Of a DNA stretch of 59,701 nt, positions 18,539-28,179 are shown in pieces. The position numbers were made by a program, and so were the translations under genes. The stretch is from the IMG/VR virus record IMGVR_UViG_3300028592_000011, positions 1-59,701 of that record, one strand, 5' to 3'. Each line of letters starts with the position of its first letter. Within the stretch, counting starts at the first letter, position 1. Origin of the DNA: a virus (taxonomy: Duplodnaviria; Caudoviricetes). The notes beneath the pieces are model-generated. The model was not told the origin of the DNA. It did no database searches and was given only the letters and a program-made list of their open reading frames with translations.

Positions 18539-21500
18539 GTAACACGGGCCAGATCGCTGGAGCGATACTTGGCGGCGTTGTGGGTTTCCTTGTCGGTGGT
18601 CCGACGGGTGCCTTGTATGGCCTGCAGCTAGGTTTACTCGCCGGCACGATAATTTCTCCGACGCAACTGCCCACGATGCTGGGGCCACGGCTCGAAGATT
18701 TTCGAACGACGGCGGCGCAAGTGGGAACGCCTGTCGTTCGTTCCTGGGGAACGATCGCTGTACCGGGCACCGTGCTCTGGCTCGGCGCGGTCGAAGAGGT
18801 CGCCACTACCGAAGAGATCGACGGCGGGTTGTTCGGTCCTGATCAGTCCGTAACGACGTACACCTATTACCAGTCCATTGCCGTCGGTCTGGTCGGGAAT
18901 GAGATCAGCGGAATCCTGCGCGTATGGGAAAACGGCGAGCTCGTGTATGACGCGCGAGACCAGCAGATCGGCGAGACCTCGGATGAGTTCCTGGAGCGAT
19001 TCCAGGCCTCGCGTCGCTGGCGCGGAGGCGTGGAGATCTACACCGGCACCGAGGATCAGATGCCGGACCCAACGATTGAAGCTGCGGAGGGCGTGGGCAA
19101 CGTGCCGGCCTTTAGAGGTCTTGCCTACATCATCTTCAACCGTCGACAGCTGCTGGATGGGCAGGGCCGTCGTCATCCGCAGTGGCGCTTCGAGGTCTTC
19201 AGCGGTACCGGAGAGCGAGCATACATCCCGCCCACGCCACTGCCCGACAGTGTCATGTCGGGATATCAGGCCGATGTGATCATGGTGCACTGGGACCGCG
19301 GTCTGGTGTATTTCGTGGACCGAACTGGAGGCGCGGATCAGGAAGGTTTCCGCGTCTTTCGGCTCAGCGACAACACGGAGATTCGGCAGCAACTGTTTAC
19401 CGATGCGCTTGCGGAGAGTGCGAGGCCTGATCCGAACATTGGAGTCGGACAGCCGACGGTTGGGTATCTGGGACACATCTATTTCTCGTGGTTCACGACG
19501 GTCAACAACGTGGCCATCGCTCGGATTGATCCCGACACGATGGTCATGGATTTGTATCGGCCTTCCGGTGGCAGTTCGGATTTCTGGCGAGAGGCTGTCA
19601 CGTTCTATGTTCACCGCTACGGTGACTTGATCTTCACGGTATCTCTTTCTGGCGGGCACTTCAGCTTGTACAACGGACTGACCCTTGAAGGCTCTCCGAT
19701 CTGGTCGCCGGGTGGCGCATACACAACTGGAAAAGTCTGTCGCGGAAATTTCTTCGTAGAAATTGAGGATCTTCTCAACAATTGGACTTTCGCCTACGGA
19801 CTGGCCTACGACCCCGCGACATCGGGCACGTCTCTGCCGATCCTGCTTCGCAGAGTTTATGCGGGCAGGAGGGCTTTCGGTAATCGACTGCTATGGGGAA
19901 GCGAACCCTACGGCACCATTCAGCCGTCGCAGATCGTGCCAGCGTGGACGCGCATTGAGGAGGTCAGAGTATTCCTGTGGGATGAAACTGATCGAACGTT
20001 CTTGATCGGGCTACGTGGCGGCGAAAGCTCGGGCGGCGAGTCGGATCGGTTGTTCAAATGGGACCCGGACACCTCATCGGTGGTCTGGAACGTCGAAACG
20101 AGCTTACCCGTCTATAATGGTCAGCTGAATCTATCTCGCGTGCAGAACAGCCGAATGGCTTGGCCGACTGCCAGTCGAGTCACTCGATACTTCAACACGA
20201 GAGACGGAACCTACCAAGACATCGACTGGAGCGAGGAAGCGGATAACTCCTTCACGGGAGAGCAGGTCTTCGACGGCGGCAGTAACCGCATGGTTACGTT
20301 TGAGATTGGGCGCGGGCCGGTGGTGCTGGAGTTCGGTACACCGTCGCCGCGAGACGTTTCGCTCGCGACCATCGTCTCTGACGTTTGTTACGAATGCGGT
20401 CTCAGCGACGAAGACATCGACGTAGCCGATCTGGAGTCTCGATACGTCCACGGATATGCACGCACGCGTCCTATGGCGGGACGCGCCTGCATCGAACCGT
20501 TGCGCATGGTGGGATTTTTTGATTGCGTTGAATCGGGTCGCGTCCTGAAGTGGCCGACGCGAGGCAAGGCGGCAGTCGCGACCATCGACGCAGACGAACT
20601 CGGCGCGCACGAGGGCGAAGAGGCGCCGCCCGCTGTGACGACGAAGAAGCTCAGTGCGCTTGAATTGCCGCGCGCCATACGGGTGCACTACCTGGCGCCC
20701 TCGCGAGACTACGAACCGGGCGAACAGATCAGCCCGGTGCGACTGACCACCGATGCCGTGAATGACGTGGACGTGGATCTGGCCGCTGCATTGGACGATG
20801 ACCAAGCGGCGCAGATCGCAGAGATCATCTGGGCGGATGCATGGAGGGCCAGATGGGTTCATGAGACAGCTATCGACCGATACTGGTCTCCGTTGGAGCC
20901 GGCCGACGCAATCATATTGCCGGTCGATGGCCGCAACGAGCGCGTGCGGATCGCGACGATGACCACGTCCGATCTGATTCTCAAACGACTTGAACTGGTC
21001 CGTGATGACGATGGGGCGTATGAGTCGACGGCAGTCGCTGAGGTCCCGCAACACCAGCCCGGCAGGCTCATCTCCTACGGGAGCACGAGCCTGCTGATGC
21101 TCGACTTGCCAGCCTTAGTGGAAGCGCATGATGACGCGGGCTTCTACGCGGTGGCTTCGCGAGGCGGCTCGGGGACGGCATGGGCTGGGGCGGTCATCTA
21201 CCGAAGCGCCGATTCAGGCGCGACGTGGGCGGAGGTGGGCTCTGTCAGCAGCGAGGCGACCACCGGGTGGATTGAGGCGCCGCTGGAGCCCGGCATCACA
21301 GGCACATGGGATTACGAGAGTGCCATCGATGTCACGATTGCGACGGGGACGCTGGAGAGTCGGTCGAGGGACGCCGTTCTGGCCGGCGCGAACATGGCAG
21401 CGATTGGCGTGGATGGTCGGTGGGAGATCGTCCAGTTTGCCGATGCGGAGCTGATTGCAACGAATCGCTATCGCCTCACAACGCTGTTGCGAGGTCGGCG

Positions 21501-22014
21501 CGGTACGGAGCACCTGATCGACACCAGCGTCATTGATGACTATTTCGTGCTGGTGTCTGGGCCGGGCGTCGTTCGATTGCCGCTGTCGACCGGCCAGATC
21601 GGGGCGACGATGCTCTACCGTGCGGTGACCATCGGGACCTCAATGGCGTCTGCGCCCACATCGTCCTTCGTGGGGCACGGCATGGCGCTGGAGCCGTTCT
21701 CACCAGTGCATGTACTCGGTGCGCGCGACAGCTCGGAAGACGTGGCCATCACGTGGACACGTCGAGATCGCATCTATCAAACCATGCGCTCTGGGGTGGA
21801 GCTGCCGAACTCCGAAGTCAACGAGTCCTATTCTATCGACATCATGGACGGGTCCTCGGTCGTGCGTACGCTCACGAGTTCGACACCGTCGGTGGTCTAC
21901 ACCGCCGCGGATCAAACGACTGACTTCGGTGCACCTCAATCCGAGGTCACCGTCCACATCTATCAGCTATCCGCATTCGTCGGCCGTGGCACGCCGGCAG
22001 AGGCCACGATATGA
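18535..22014 (+). CDS. Tail tip / central fibre ('megatron'-like) protein
   Basis: GPRLED, PAFRGLAY, LPR...V.Y, WEIVQF..A, LLRGRRGT, W.RRDR; GTG start overlaps upstream stop. Confidence 0.88.
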   Translation: MSNTGQIAGAILGGVVGFLVGGPTGALYGLQLGLLAGTIISPTQLPTMLGPRLEDFRTTAAQVGTPVVRSWGTIAVPGTVLWLGAVEEVATTEEIDGGLFGPDQSVTTYTYYQSIAVGLVGNEISGILRVWENGELVYDARDQQIGETSDEFLERFQASRRWRGGVEIYTGTEDQMPDPTIEAAEGVGNVPAFRGLAYIIFNRRQLLDGQGRRHPQWRFEVFSGTGERAYIPPTPLPDSVMSGYQADVIMVHWDRGLVYFVDRTGGADQEGFRVFRLSDNTEIRQQLFTDALAESARPDPNIGVGQPTVGYLGHIYFSWFTTVNNVAIARIDPDTMVMDLYRPSGGSSDFWREAVTFYVHRYGDLIFTVSLSGGHFSLYNGLTLEGSPIWSPGGAYTTGKVCRGNFFVEIEDLLNNWTFAYGLAYDPATSGTSLPILLRRVYAGRRAFGNRLLWGSEPYGTIQPSQIVPAWTRIEEVRVFLWDETDRTFLIGLRGGESSGGESDRLFKWDPDTSSVVWNVETSLPVYNGQLNLSRVQNSRMAWPTASRVTRYFNTRDGTYQDIDWSEEADNSFTGEQVFDGGSNRMVTFEIGRGPVVLEFGTPSPRDVSLATIVSDVCYECGLSDEDIDVADLESRYVHGYARTRPMAGRACIEPLRMVGFFDCVESGRVLKWPTRGKAAVATIDADELGAHEGEEAPPAVTTKKLSALELPRAIRVHYLAPSRDYEPGEQISPVRLTTDAVNDVDVDLAAALDDDQAAQIAEIIWADAWRARWVHETAIDRYWSPLEPADAIILPVDGRNERVRIATMTTSDLILKRLELVRDDDGAYESTAVAEVPQHQPGRLISYGSTSLLMLDLPALVEAHDDAGFYAVASRGGSGTAWAGAVIYRSADSGATWAEVGSVSSEATTGWIEAPLEPGITGTWDYESAIDVTIATGTLESRSRDAVLAGANMAAIGVDGRWEIVQFADAELIATNRYRLTTLLRGRRGTEHLIDTSVIDDYFVLVSGPGVVRLPLSTGQIGATMLYRAVTIGTSMASAPTSSFVGHGMALEPFSPVHVLGARDSSEDVAITWTRRDRIYQTMRSGVELPNSEVNESYSIDIMDGSSVVRTLTSSTPSVVYTAADQTTDFGAPQSEVTVHIYQLSAFVGRGTPAEATI

Positions 22015-22691
22015 CGACACCGATTCTCGGCATGGACGAACTCGCGGCGGCTCAAAGCCAGCCCGAGGTCATCGTCAATGCCGCCCTCCGTGCGCTCGAA
22101 GCGGCGCTGCAGATCTCTGCACTCGGATACCAGAATGATCCACCGGGCTCGCCGAGCGAGGGCGATCGCTATTTGGTGGGCAACTCGCCGACCGGCGCGT
22201 GGACGGGCCATGCGCAGGAAGTGGCGTATTACTCCGGCGGTTGGCAGTTCCTGGAGCCGCGACCCGGCTGGCGCGCATACATCCCCGGTGACGCCGAGTA
22301 CGTGTATGACGAGAGCAGTTCGGGGTATTGGGAACCGGGCGGTCCCGGCGGGCCGCCTCCATATGATGTGGGCGCAATGGTGGCGGGCGTTCCAGATGCC
22401 GACGCTGTGTGTCTGCGATATTCATTCCCGCGCGAAGTGACATTCGCGGCGGGGTTGTCTCCGTCGCAAGGCGTGGCAGGTGTGGCCGCGACCGGTGAGA
22501 CCGACTTCGACATCCAACAGAACGGGGTGTCGGTGGGCACGATGACCTTCGCTGCCGCTGCCACGACAGCGACCTTCGACATGGACTCAGAGACGGTCTT
22601 CGAAGTCGGCGACGTGCTCACCGTCATCGCACCCAACACGCCGGATGCGACGCTCGCGGATATTTCTTTTGTGCTTTCTGGTACGCGCTAG
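22011..22691 (+). CDS. DUF2793 tail fibre-associated protein
   Basis: AQ.Q.EV.VN.AL, PP.SP.EGD.Y.V...TGAW.G, W.F..P..GW. Confidence 0.82.
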   Translation: MTTPILGMDELAAAQSQPEVIVNAALRALEAALQISALGYQNDPPGSPSEGDRYLVGNSPTGAWTGHAQEVAYYSGGWQFLEPRPGWRAYIPGDAEYVYDESSSGYWEPGGPGGPPPYDVGAMVAGVPDADAVCLRYSFPREVTFAAGLSPSQGVAGVAATGETDFDIQQNGVSVGTMTFAAAATTATFDMDSETVFEVGDVLTVIAPNTPDATLADISFVLSGTR

Positions 22692-22702
22692 AGGGTGACG
22701 AA

Positions 22703-23725
22703 ATGACCTTGCGGTTCTTTGACGGCTGGGATCACTACGCAACAGCCGATGCAGCCGAGATGTGGAGTGCATTCGATGGCACTTCGTCCGGGCAATCTAT
22801 CGCATCCGGCGCGGGGCGTCGCGGTGGAAATGGGTGGACGTGCAACACAACAGGTCGAGGGTTGACTATCGCAATCCCGTCGACCTCCACTGTCATACTG
22901 GGGTTCGCGTTGAACATGGGTGCCGCGCCAGCGTCAGCCATGAATATCGTTGAGCTTCGAGAAGTATCAACGCTGCACATTGCACTGAGAATTAACACAG
23001 ACCTGTCCGTAAGCGTTCTACGAAACACGACTGTGTTGGGTACGTCCGCATCCGGTGTCATTACCGCTACGGGATTCTGTTATGTAGAGCTGAAGACCCT
23101 GATCAACGACAGCACCGGCACTTACGAGGTTCGGGTAAATGGAGGAAGCGTCCTTTCCGGAACGGGCGCTGACACGCGGAACAGTGGAACGTCTGGCGTG
23201 ATCACAGTCGCCTCGATTCTCTTCGCCCGAGGTGGGCAGATATTCGATGACTTCTATATCTGTGACGGTGCTGGATCGGTCAACAATGATTTCCTCGGGG
23301 ACCGTCGCGTTGATGCCTATTTTCCAAGCGCCAACGGCAACAGTTCGCAGATGGTGGGCAGTGACACAGATTCCACCGACAACTATCTGCTGGTGGATGA
23401 GACCAGTCCAAACGACGACACAGACTACGTGCAGTCGGACGTGCTCAACAACAAGGATACGTACACGTTCCAGAACATGGTGCATACGCCGTCATCGATC
23501 TCGGGTGTTATGGCACTCGCGAACGCGAAGAAGGACGATGCCGGAACTCGTTCGATTGCCATCGTAACGCGGTCGGGCGGTGCTGACTATGACGGGTCAT
23601 CGCATGCGCTCTCGACCAGCTATACCTACTATCGCGATATCCTGGAGACGGACCCGGCCACGTCGGCCGCATGGTCTCTGAGCGGATTCAACAACGCTGA
23701 GTTCGGGCCCAAGGTGGCGGTATGA
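22703..23725 (+). CDS. Virion beta-sandwich protein (tail fibre / receptor-binding candidate)
   Basis: Ser/Thr/Gly-rich; DD.YI.D motif; follows DUF2793. Confidence 0.6.
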   Translation: MTLRFFDGWDHYATADAAEMWSAFDGTSSGQSIASGAGRRGGNGWTCNTTGRGLTIAIPSTSTVILGFALNMGAAPASAMNIVELREVSTLHIALRINTDLSVSVLRNTTVLGTSASGVITATGFCYVELKTLINDSTGTYEVRVNGGSVLSGTGADTRNSGTSGVITVASILFARGGQIFDDFYICDGAGSVNNDFLGDRRVDAYFPSANGNSSQMVGSDTDSTDNYLLVDETSPNDDTDYVQSDVLNNKDTYTFQNMVHTPSSISGVMALANAKKDDAGTRSIAIVTRSGGADYDGSSHALSTSYTYYRDILETDPATSAAWSLSGFNNAEFGPKVAV

Positions 23726-23937
23726 CGGTCGCGCGCACTACCCAGGAAGTTGCGCTAACGCTCAGCGCGGTGACTCCAGTAGCGCGCGTTTCGCAGGCCG
23801 CGACACTGGTGCTCAGTTCCAACTCGCTGCATGCGATCACGTCGCAGGTCTGCGTGCTGATGCTCAGCGAGAACGTCCCCGATGATGTCGTTGGATCGAA
23901 CGCCAACAAGTACCGTCAGATCCAGATCGCCTGTTAG
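23722..23937 (+). CDS. Small tail protein
   Basis: Three repeats of a (R)xxQxxxxVL-like unit; ATGA-coupled. Confidence 0.55.
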   Translation: MTVARTTQEVALTLSAVTPVARVSQAATLVLSSNSLHAITSQVCVLMLSENVPDDVVGSNANKYRQIQIAC

Positions 23938-24077
23938 AGCAGTCGTCGTATCACATGCACGATGACGGCGATGATGATGAGCAGGATGAAAATCGCGGTG
24001 GCCATGCCGAAACCACGCACGGTGGGCCATAGCGTCCAGTTGGCGAGCCAGCACCAGAAATATCTGATGCGTCCCAT
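23934..24077 (-). CDS. Small single-pass membrane protein (47 aa, not in ORF track)
   Basis: Translated by hand: MGRIRYFWCWLANWTLWPTVRGFGMATAIFILLIIIAVIVHVIRRLL. Confidence 0.5.
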   Translation of the reverse strand: MGRIRYFWCWLANWTLWPTVRGFGMATAIFILLIIIAVIVHVIRRLL

Positions 24078-24115
24078 AAGAGAACATCCTTTATGAAGGG
24101 GTTAATGCGGTTCGT

Positions 24116-24124
24116 TGGTATAAT
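24116..24124 (+). promoter_or_regulatory. Extended -10 promoter of HNH gene
   Basis: TGGTATAAT ending 9 nt before the ATG. Confidence 0.55.
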
Positions 24125-24133
24125 CTAGTCACA

Positions 24134-24784
24134 ATGCACCTAAAGCCAGTGATTCCAGGATCAAAATTCAATCGCTGGACAGTACTGCGAGAAGCGCCGC
24201 GAGCAAATCCTAAATGCCCCCGCTATTTCTGTAGGTGCGATTGCGGAACTGAGCGAATCGTGGCTTGGGGGGCAATTAAATTGGGCAGGTCCAAATCTTG
24301 TGGATGTCTTCGCAACGAGAAGACCGTCGAACGAAGCACGCTTCATGCTCATGCAAAGCGCGACAATGTGACATCGACATATCGCGCATGGCGAAACATG
24401 CTGAATCGATGCTATGTGGGAACAAACGAGTCTTACTATCGATACGGCGGTCGTGGAATAACTGTTTGTGATCGGTGGCGAGCTTCGTTCGCTGCATTCC
24501 ATGCAGACATGGGCAGTAGTCCTGGTAATGGGTTTTCGCTCGATAGGCGAGACAATGACAAAGGCTACTGTAAAGAGAATTGCAGGTGGGTTTCTTCTGC
24601 AGAGCAGGCGAGAAACAAATCCACGAATGTAATCATAGAATATGATGGAGAAAGGAAGCCCTTGGTGGATTGGGCGATATCTTCCGGCATTACTTATAGC
24701 GCCATTGTGCAGCGAATTTATGCAGGCTGGAGCATTCATGACGCGCTTACTAGACCGACCAGGATAACTTCCAGGTCCAAGTGA
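24134..24784 (+). CDS. Free-standing HNH homing endonuclease-like protein
   Basis: C.CDCG, SKSCGC, YGGRGI.VC.RW, SLDR.DN..GY...NCRW; lower GC than flanks. Confidence 0.85.
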   Translation: MHLKPVIPGSKFNRWTVLREAPRANPKCPRYFCRCDCGTERIVAWGAIKLGRSKSCGCLRNEKTVERSTLHAHAKRDNVTSTYRAWRNMLNRCYVGTNESYYRYGGRGITVCDRWRASFAAFHADMGSSPGNGFSLDRRDNDKGYCKENCRWVSSAEQARNKSTNVIIEYDGERKPLVDWAISSGITYSAIVQRIYAGWSIHDALTRPTRITSRSK

Positions 24785-24802
24785 TGGTCACTCAATCGCG
24801 CT

Positions 24803-24827
24803 AACGCCCCCTTCTGGGGCGTTTTTT
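24803..24827 (+). terminator. Intrinsic terminator
   Basis: AACGCCCC-cttct-GGGGCGTT followed by T run. Confidence 0.7.
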
Positions 24828-24864
24828 ATGCACAACGTCATTCGATCCCCACGAGCGAACCTCC

Positions 24865-25254
24865 GTGTACCAGCGCCTAATTGATCTCGTTCTCTCGCTC
24901 ATTGCCCCGCCGAGGAATGCCGGTGCTACTGAGATGCGCCGACACGCGGTCGCGCTCTCGGTCGCTGTCGCCATGATCTACGGCTACATAGCTATCTCAT
25001 GGGGCGCGCTGTCGTCAATTGGAATCTCTGGCTTTGCCAAGGCCGACGATCTGGAAAGCCTGCAGGACGAAAGCGCGGAGGTGCGAGTGACGCTGTATGG
25101 AATCGCGATCCGCGACCTGTACCGCTCGTGCCGGAATGCGGCCGACTACGATGATCGGCTCGCGCTCAACGAAGAGCTGCAGCGGGTTCGCGCCAAGTAC
25201 GAGAACGCCGTCGGCGTGCCGTACCTCCTTCCTCCGTGCATTGAGGGAAGGTAA
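24865..25254 (+). CDS. Membrane protein of lysis cassette (holin/antiholin or spanin candidate)
   Basis: One TM segment and a helical C-terminus; immediately before endolysin. Confidence 0.55.
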   Translation: MYQRLIDLVLSLIAPPRNAGATEMRRHAVALSVAVAMIYGYIAISWGALSSIGISGFAKADDLESLQDESAEVRVTLYGIAIRDLYRSCRNAADYDDRLALNEELQRVRAKYENAVGVPYLLPPCIEGR

Positions 25255-25262
25255 ACCAACCC

Positions 25263-25781
25263 ATGACTCCAGCTGATCTTGCGGCATTCATGCCGCTTGC
25301 GGGCCCGCGTGCGTCGATCTACGCCGAGCCGCTGACGCAAACGATGATCGAGTTCGGCATCGACACGCCGAAGCGACAGGCCGCCTGGCTGGCCAACCTC
25401 GCTCACGAATCCGGCAGCCTGCGCTACGTCAAAGAGATTGCCAGCGGTGCTGCGTACGAAGGCCGGCTTGATCTCGGCAACACCCAGCCGGGCGACGGCA
25501 AGCGCTTCAAAGGCCGCGGCTTCGGTCAAATCACAGGGCGCGCGAACTATCTCGCCTGCGGGCAGGCGCTTGGTTTGGACCTGATCGCGAATCCGGAATT
25601 GCTCGAGCAGCCATTGCCGGCCGCCCGATCCGCCGGGTGGTTCTGGAAAGTGAAGCGTCTCGCGCCGCTGGCCGACGACGACAAGTTCGGCTCCGTGTGC
25701 CGATTGTGGAATGGCGGTTTCAATGGAATCGATGACCGTATCCAGCACTGGCTTCGGATACGAAGGATTCTCGGACTGTGA
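25263..25781 (+). CDS. Endolysin, glycoside hydrolase family 19
   Basis: AHESG, LGN...GDG..FKGRG..QITGR.NY, NGG.NG..DR. Confidence 0.92.
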   Translation: MTPADLAAFMPLAGPRASIYAEPLTQTMIEFGIDTPKRQAAWLANLAHESGSLRYVKEIASGAAYEGRLDLGNTQPGDGKRFKGRGFGQITGRANYLACGQALGLDLIANPELLEQPLPAARSAGWFWKVKRLAPLADDDKFGSVCRLWNGGFNGIDDRIQHWLRIRRILGL

Positions 25782-25791
25782 GGTTCTGCAA

Positions 25792-26055
25792 ATGAAAGCT
25801 TTCTTCGATGAACACGGCACCAAGATCTACGGTGGCGTGACTGCATTTCTCGGTGCGCTCGCGACGCTCATTTCGACGGGCGCGTTCACCCAGTTGATGA
25901 CGCCGGTTGCGATCGGCTGGCTCAACATCTTTGTTTCTCTGGCGACCGCCACCGTCGGTGGTATGACCATCGCGCGCGGGTTCAATAACAGCACTCAAGC
26001 GAAGGTCGCCAGCGCTCTTGAAACGGCGATCAAAGCTCAATCCCCGAAGGAGTAA
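25792..26055 (+). CDS. Holin candidate (2 TM)
   Basis: Two hydrophobic helices and a charged C-terminus; after endolysin. Confidence 0.6.
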   Translation: MKAFFDEHGTKIYGGVTAFLGALATLISTGAFTQLMTPVAIGWLNIFVSLATATVGGMTIARGFNNSTQAKVASALETAIKAQSPKE

Positions 26056-26059
26056 TCCC

Positions 26060-26395
26060 ATGCGAAAACTCGCGATCATTCCCTTACTGCTGATACTCAC
26101 GGCGTGCGCCTCGCTCGGTTTGGCACCGGCGAAAACGTTCGACGAACGCTGGTCCTACGCTCAAGGGCAGACCACCGGCCTGCGCGACGCATCCACACGA
26201 GCACTCGACGCCAAGCTCATCACTTCGGGCGACATGGAGTACTGCATCGCTGTGGCCGACCGCTCGACGCAGATGCTGACCATGGCGAGGGCTGCCTACC
26301 ACGTCGGCGACATCTCGACGGCCGAAGGGCGCTTGCTTTTGGTGAGCAACATCTTGACCGATCTCGAAACGTACCTGACCCAGAGGGCTAAGTAA
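26060..26395 (+). CDS. Lipoprotein (outer-membrane spanin candidate)
   Basis: MRKLAIIPLLLILTAC lipobox; AGGAG RBS. Confidence 0.7.
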   Translation: MRKLAIIPLLLILTACASLGLAPAKTFDERWSYAQGQTTGLRDASTRALDAKLITSGDMEYCIAVADRSTQMLTMARAAYHVGDISTAEGRLLLVSNILTDLETYLTQRAK

Positions 26396-26586
26396 TGAAC
26401 GAGCAAGTGATGGCAGCCGGCCTGATGCTGGTCAATACGCTGCTTCAGCGAGCGATGCAGGTGTCGTCACGGATTCAGGCCGGGACGCTGAGTCAGGACT
26501 TCCTCGACGCCCAGCAGATCGAAGATGGCGAGGCGAGGCAGCGTCAGTTGGATGCGCTGGAGCGCGCGAAGGCCAAAGGGCGGTAG
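26395..26586 (+). CDS. Hypothetical protein, last gene of the rightward unit
   Basis: TAATG coupling with upstream gene. Confidence 0.6.
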   Translation: MNEQVMAAGLMLVNTLLQRAMQVSSRIQAGTLSQDFLDAQQIEDGEARQRQLDALERAKAKGR

Positions 26587-26777
26587 GGGATTACGAGGCC
26601 GGTCTGCGCTTCGTGGCCTTGAACGCGGCCAGACGTTCCCGCAACGGAATCTCGCGATGAGTAGCGAGCGGCGGCGCTATCGTCAATGGTGACGGGCCAG
26701 GGCAGTTGAATACCTCAGCTCGCTTGCTTTTCGGCTTTCGAGTCACAGTGACCTCCTGAATGCCTCGAACCCAAGCG

Positions 26778-26996
26778 TCAGCCGGACACACGCTCGTTCC
26801 ACGCTGCCATAGCCTTTCGTTGGGTTTCCTCTTTGCTGCCGCTCCAGCCCTCCGCGAATGCCTTTCCCCGAGCGCCATAGCCAGTGCATACGATGTAATG
26901 GTCAATCTCGTGCCCTTGGCCGCTTGGACCGTCCCGGCGGAGAGCTCCCGATCCACCGCAAAACGGGCACTGCTTAAGGTCGTAGGTTCTAGTCAT
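26778..26996 (-). CDS. Lar-family restriction alleviation-like Zn-finger protein
   Basis: LKQCPFCGG ... A..AWN.R. Confidence 0.7.
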   Translation of the reverse strand: MTRTYDLKQCPFCGGSGALRRDGPSGQGHEIDHYIVCTGYGARGKAFAEGWSGSKEETQRKAMAAWNERVSG

Positions 26997-26998
26997 CG

Positions 26999-27163
26999 TC
27001 AGTGCCTTTTGGACTCTCGCCCCTGGATGTAATCCTCGACCGCATCTTGAATCACTTGCGCCAGATCGTTCTTCGATTCCATTGTCGCATCATCCGGTAA
27101 GAAGTGGCAGGCCAGTTCCAGGCACAATGGATCGAAGCTGTACTCTCGATTGATGCCAGACAT
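26999..27163 (-). CDS. Hypothetical protein
   Basis: MSGINREYSFDPLCLELA..., GGAG RBS. Confidence 0.55.
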   Translation of the reverse strand: MSGINREYSFDPLCLELACHFLPDDATMESKNDLAQVIQDAVEDYIQGRESKRH

Positions 27164-27267
27164 ATCCGTTCTCCGTGGCATGGAATGGGCTATCGGTCGC
27201 CCGGTCGTTCTTTGCTGGGATGCGATCCTAGCCGGCCGGATCTGTGTGCGTCTGCCGCGCAGCCGCC

Positions 27268-27459
27268 TCATCGCTCCGAATCCACCTCCCGCCGACACCG
27301 CGGGCACAGCGGCCGGTCGTCTTCAGGGTGCCGGTCGCGCTCCTGAAAGGTGTTACCGCACTCCGAGCAGGTGCATTCGACCCGCGGAAGCTTCCCGGGC
27401 TTGAGCATCGATCCCAACTCCGGTTTGTGCTTGCGCCTGTAAGTCGTGATGCGCCGCAA
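27268..27459 (-). CDS. Small Zn-ribbon protein
   Basis: CSECG and CPRC. Confidence 0.5.
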   Translation of the reverse strand: MRRITTYRRKHKPELGSMLKPGKLPRVECTCSECGNTFQERDRHPEDDRPLCPRCRREVDSER

Positions 27460-27582
27460 CGTCCCTCTGCTCCCGTCCTTCTAGACTGGGCAGAGAGGGT
27501 GCCACACGAACGCCATTCCCCAAAACCGGGAATCACCTATTCGGCCTTTATAAGCGTCGGTCCCCAATGAACGGACCGACCA

Positions 27583-27813
27583 TTGAACCACCTCTACAGC
27601 AAGCGGCAGGAGAAGCTGTGCGCGCTCCTGAAGGAATGCCGGCTGAAGGCCGGACTCACTCAGCAGCAGCTCGCTGATCGCCTGAAGCGCAGCGACAACT
27701 TCGTTTCGTACGTCGAGCGAGGGGAGCGGACATTGGGAGTGCTCGAGTTCCTCGACTACGTCGAGGCGATGGGCGCCGATCCGAAGGGGCTGCTCGGCAA
27801 GCTAATTAAGTGA
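27583..27813 (+). CDS. XRE-family HTH regulator
   Basis: R.KAGLTQQQLA..L......VS.VERGER.L. Confidence 0.88.
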   Translation: MNHLYSKRQEKLCALLKECRLKAGLTQQQLADRLKRSDNFVSYVERGERTLGVLEFLDYVEAMGADPKGLLGKLIK

Positions 27814-27985
27814 GCGGCCCTTTGCCGGTCAGCTGGTACGAGTCCACTTTCTCGTAGCCGTCCAGGTCGAACACGTCGATTCGACGCACGAGTACGAGCT
27901 TGGTGTCGAACACGTACTCGACGTTCCACAGCGTCCCATCCTTATCGCGCACGATGTCGCCCTTCGTGAAGTCTGTGGGTTTCAT
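27806..27985 (-). CDS. Hypothetical protein
   Basis: F.KGDIV SH3-like start; ATGA-coupled. Confidence 0.55.
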   Translation of the reverse strand: MKPTDFTKGDIVRDKDGTLWNVEYVFDTKLVLVRRIDVFDLDGYEKVDSYQLTGKGPLT

Positions 27986-28179
27986 GGCTCGCGCTTCCGC
28001 ATAAACGTCTCGATGTAATCCGCCCGATCGCGCCACAGATCGTACTCGCCCATTGCCTCGCGAGCAGCCTCATCGTCACCGGTCTCGTGCAGGTACAGGC
28101 ATCCCGACGCCCAGCGCTCCTGCATTACGATTGTTTGGGCGAGGGCGCCGATGATGGGCTGGATGTCAGGGCGGGGCAT
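27982..28179 (-). CDS. Hypothetical protein
   Basis: Coupled to both neighbours. Confidence 0.55.
   Translation of the reverse strand: MPRPDIQPIIGALAQTIVMQERWASGCLYLHETGDDEAAREAMGEYDLWRDRADYIETFMRKREP

Noticed and set aside
18535-23937. Diversity-generating retroelement or invertible tail-fibre switch
   Set aside because: No reverse transcriptase, invertase or TR/VR repeat pair seen
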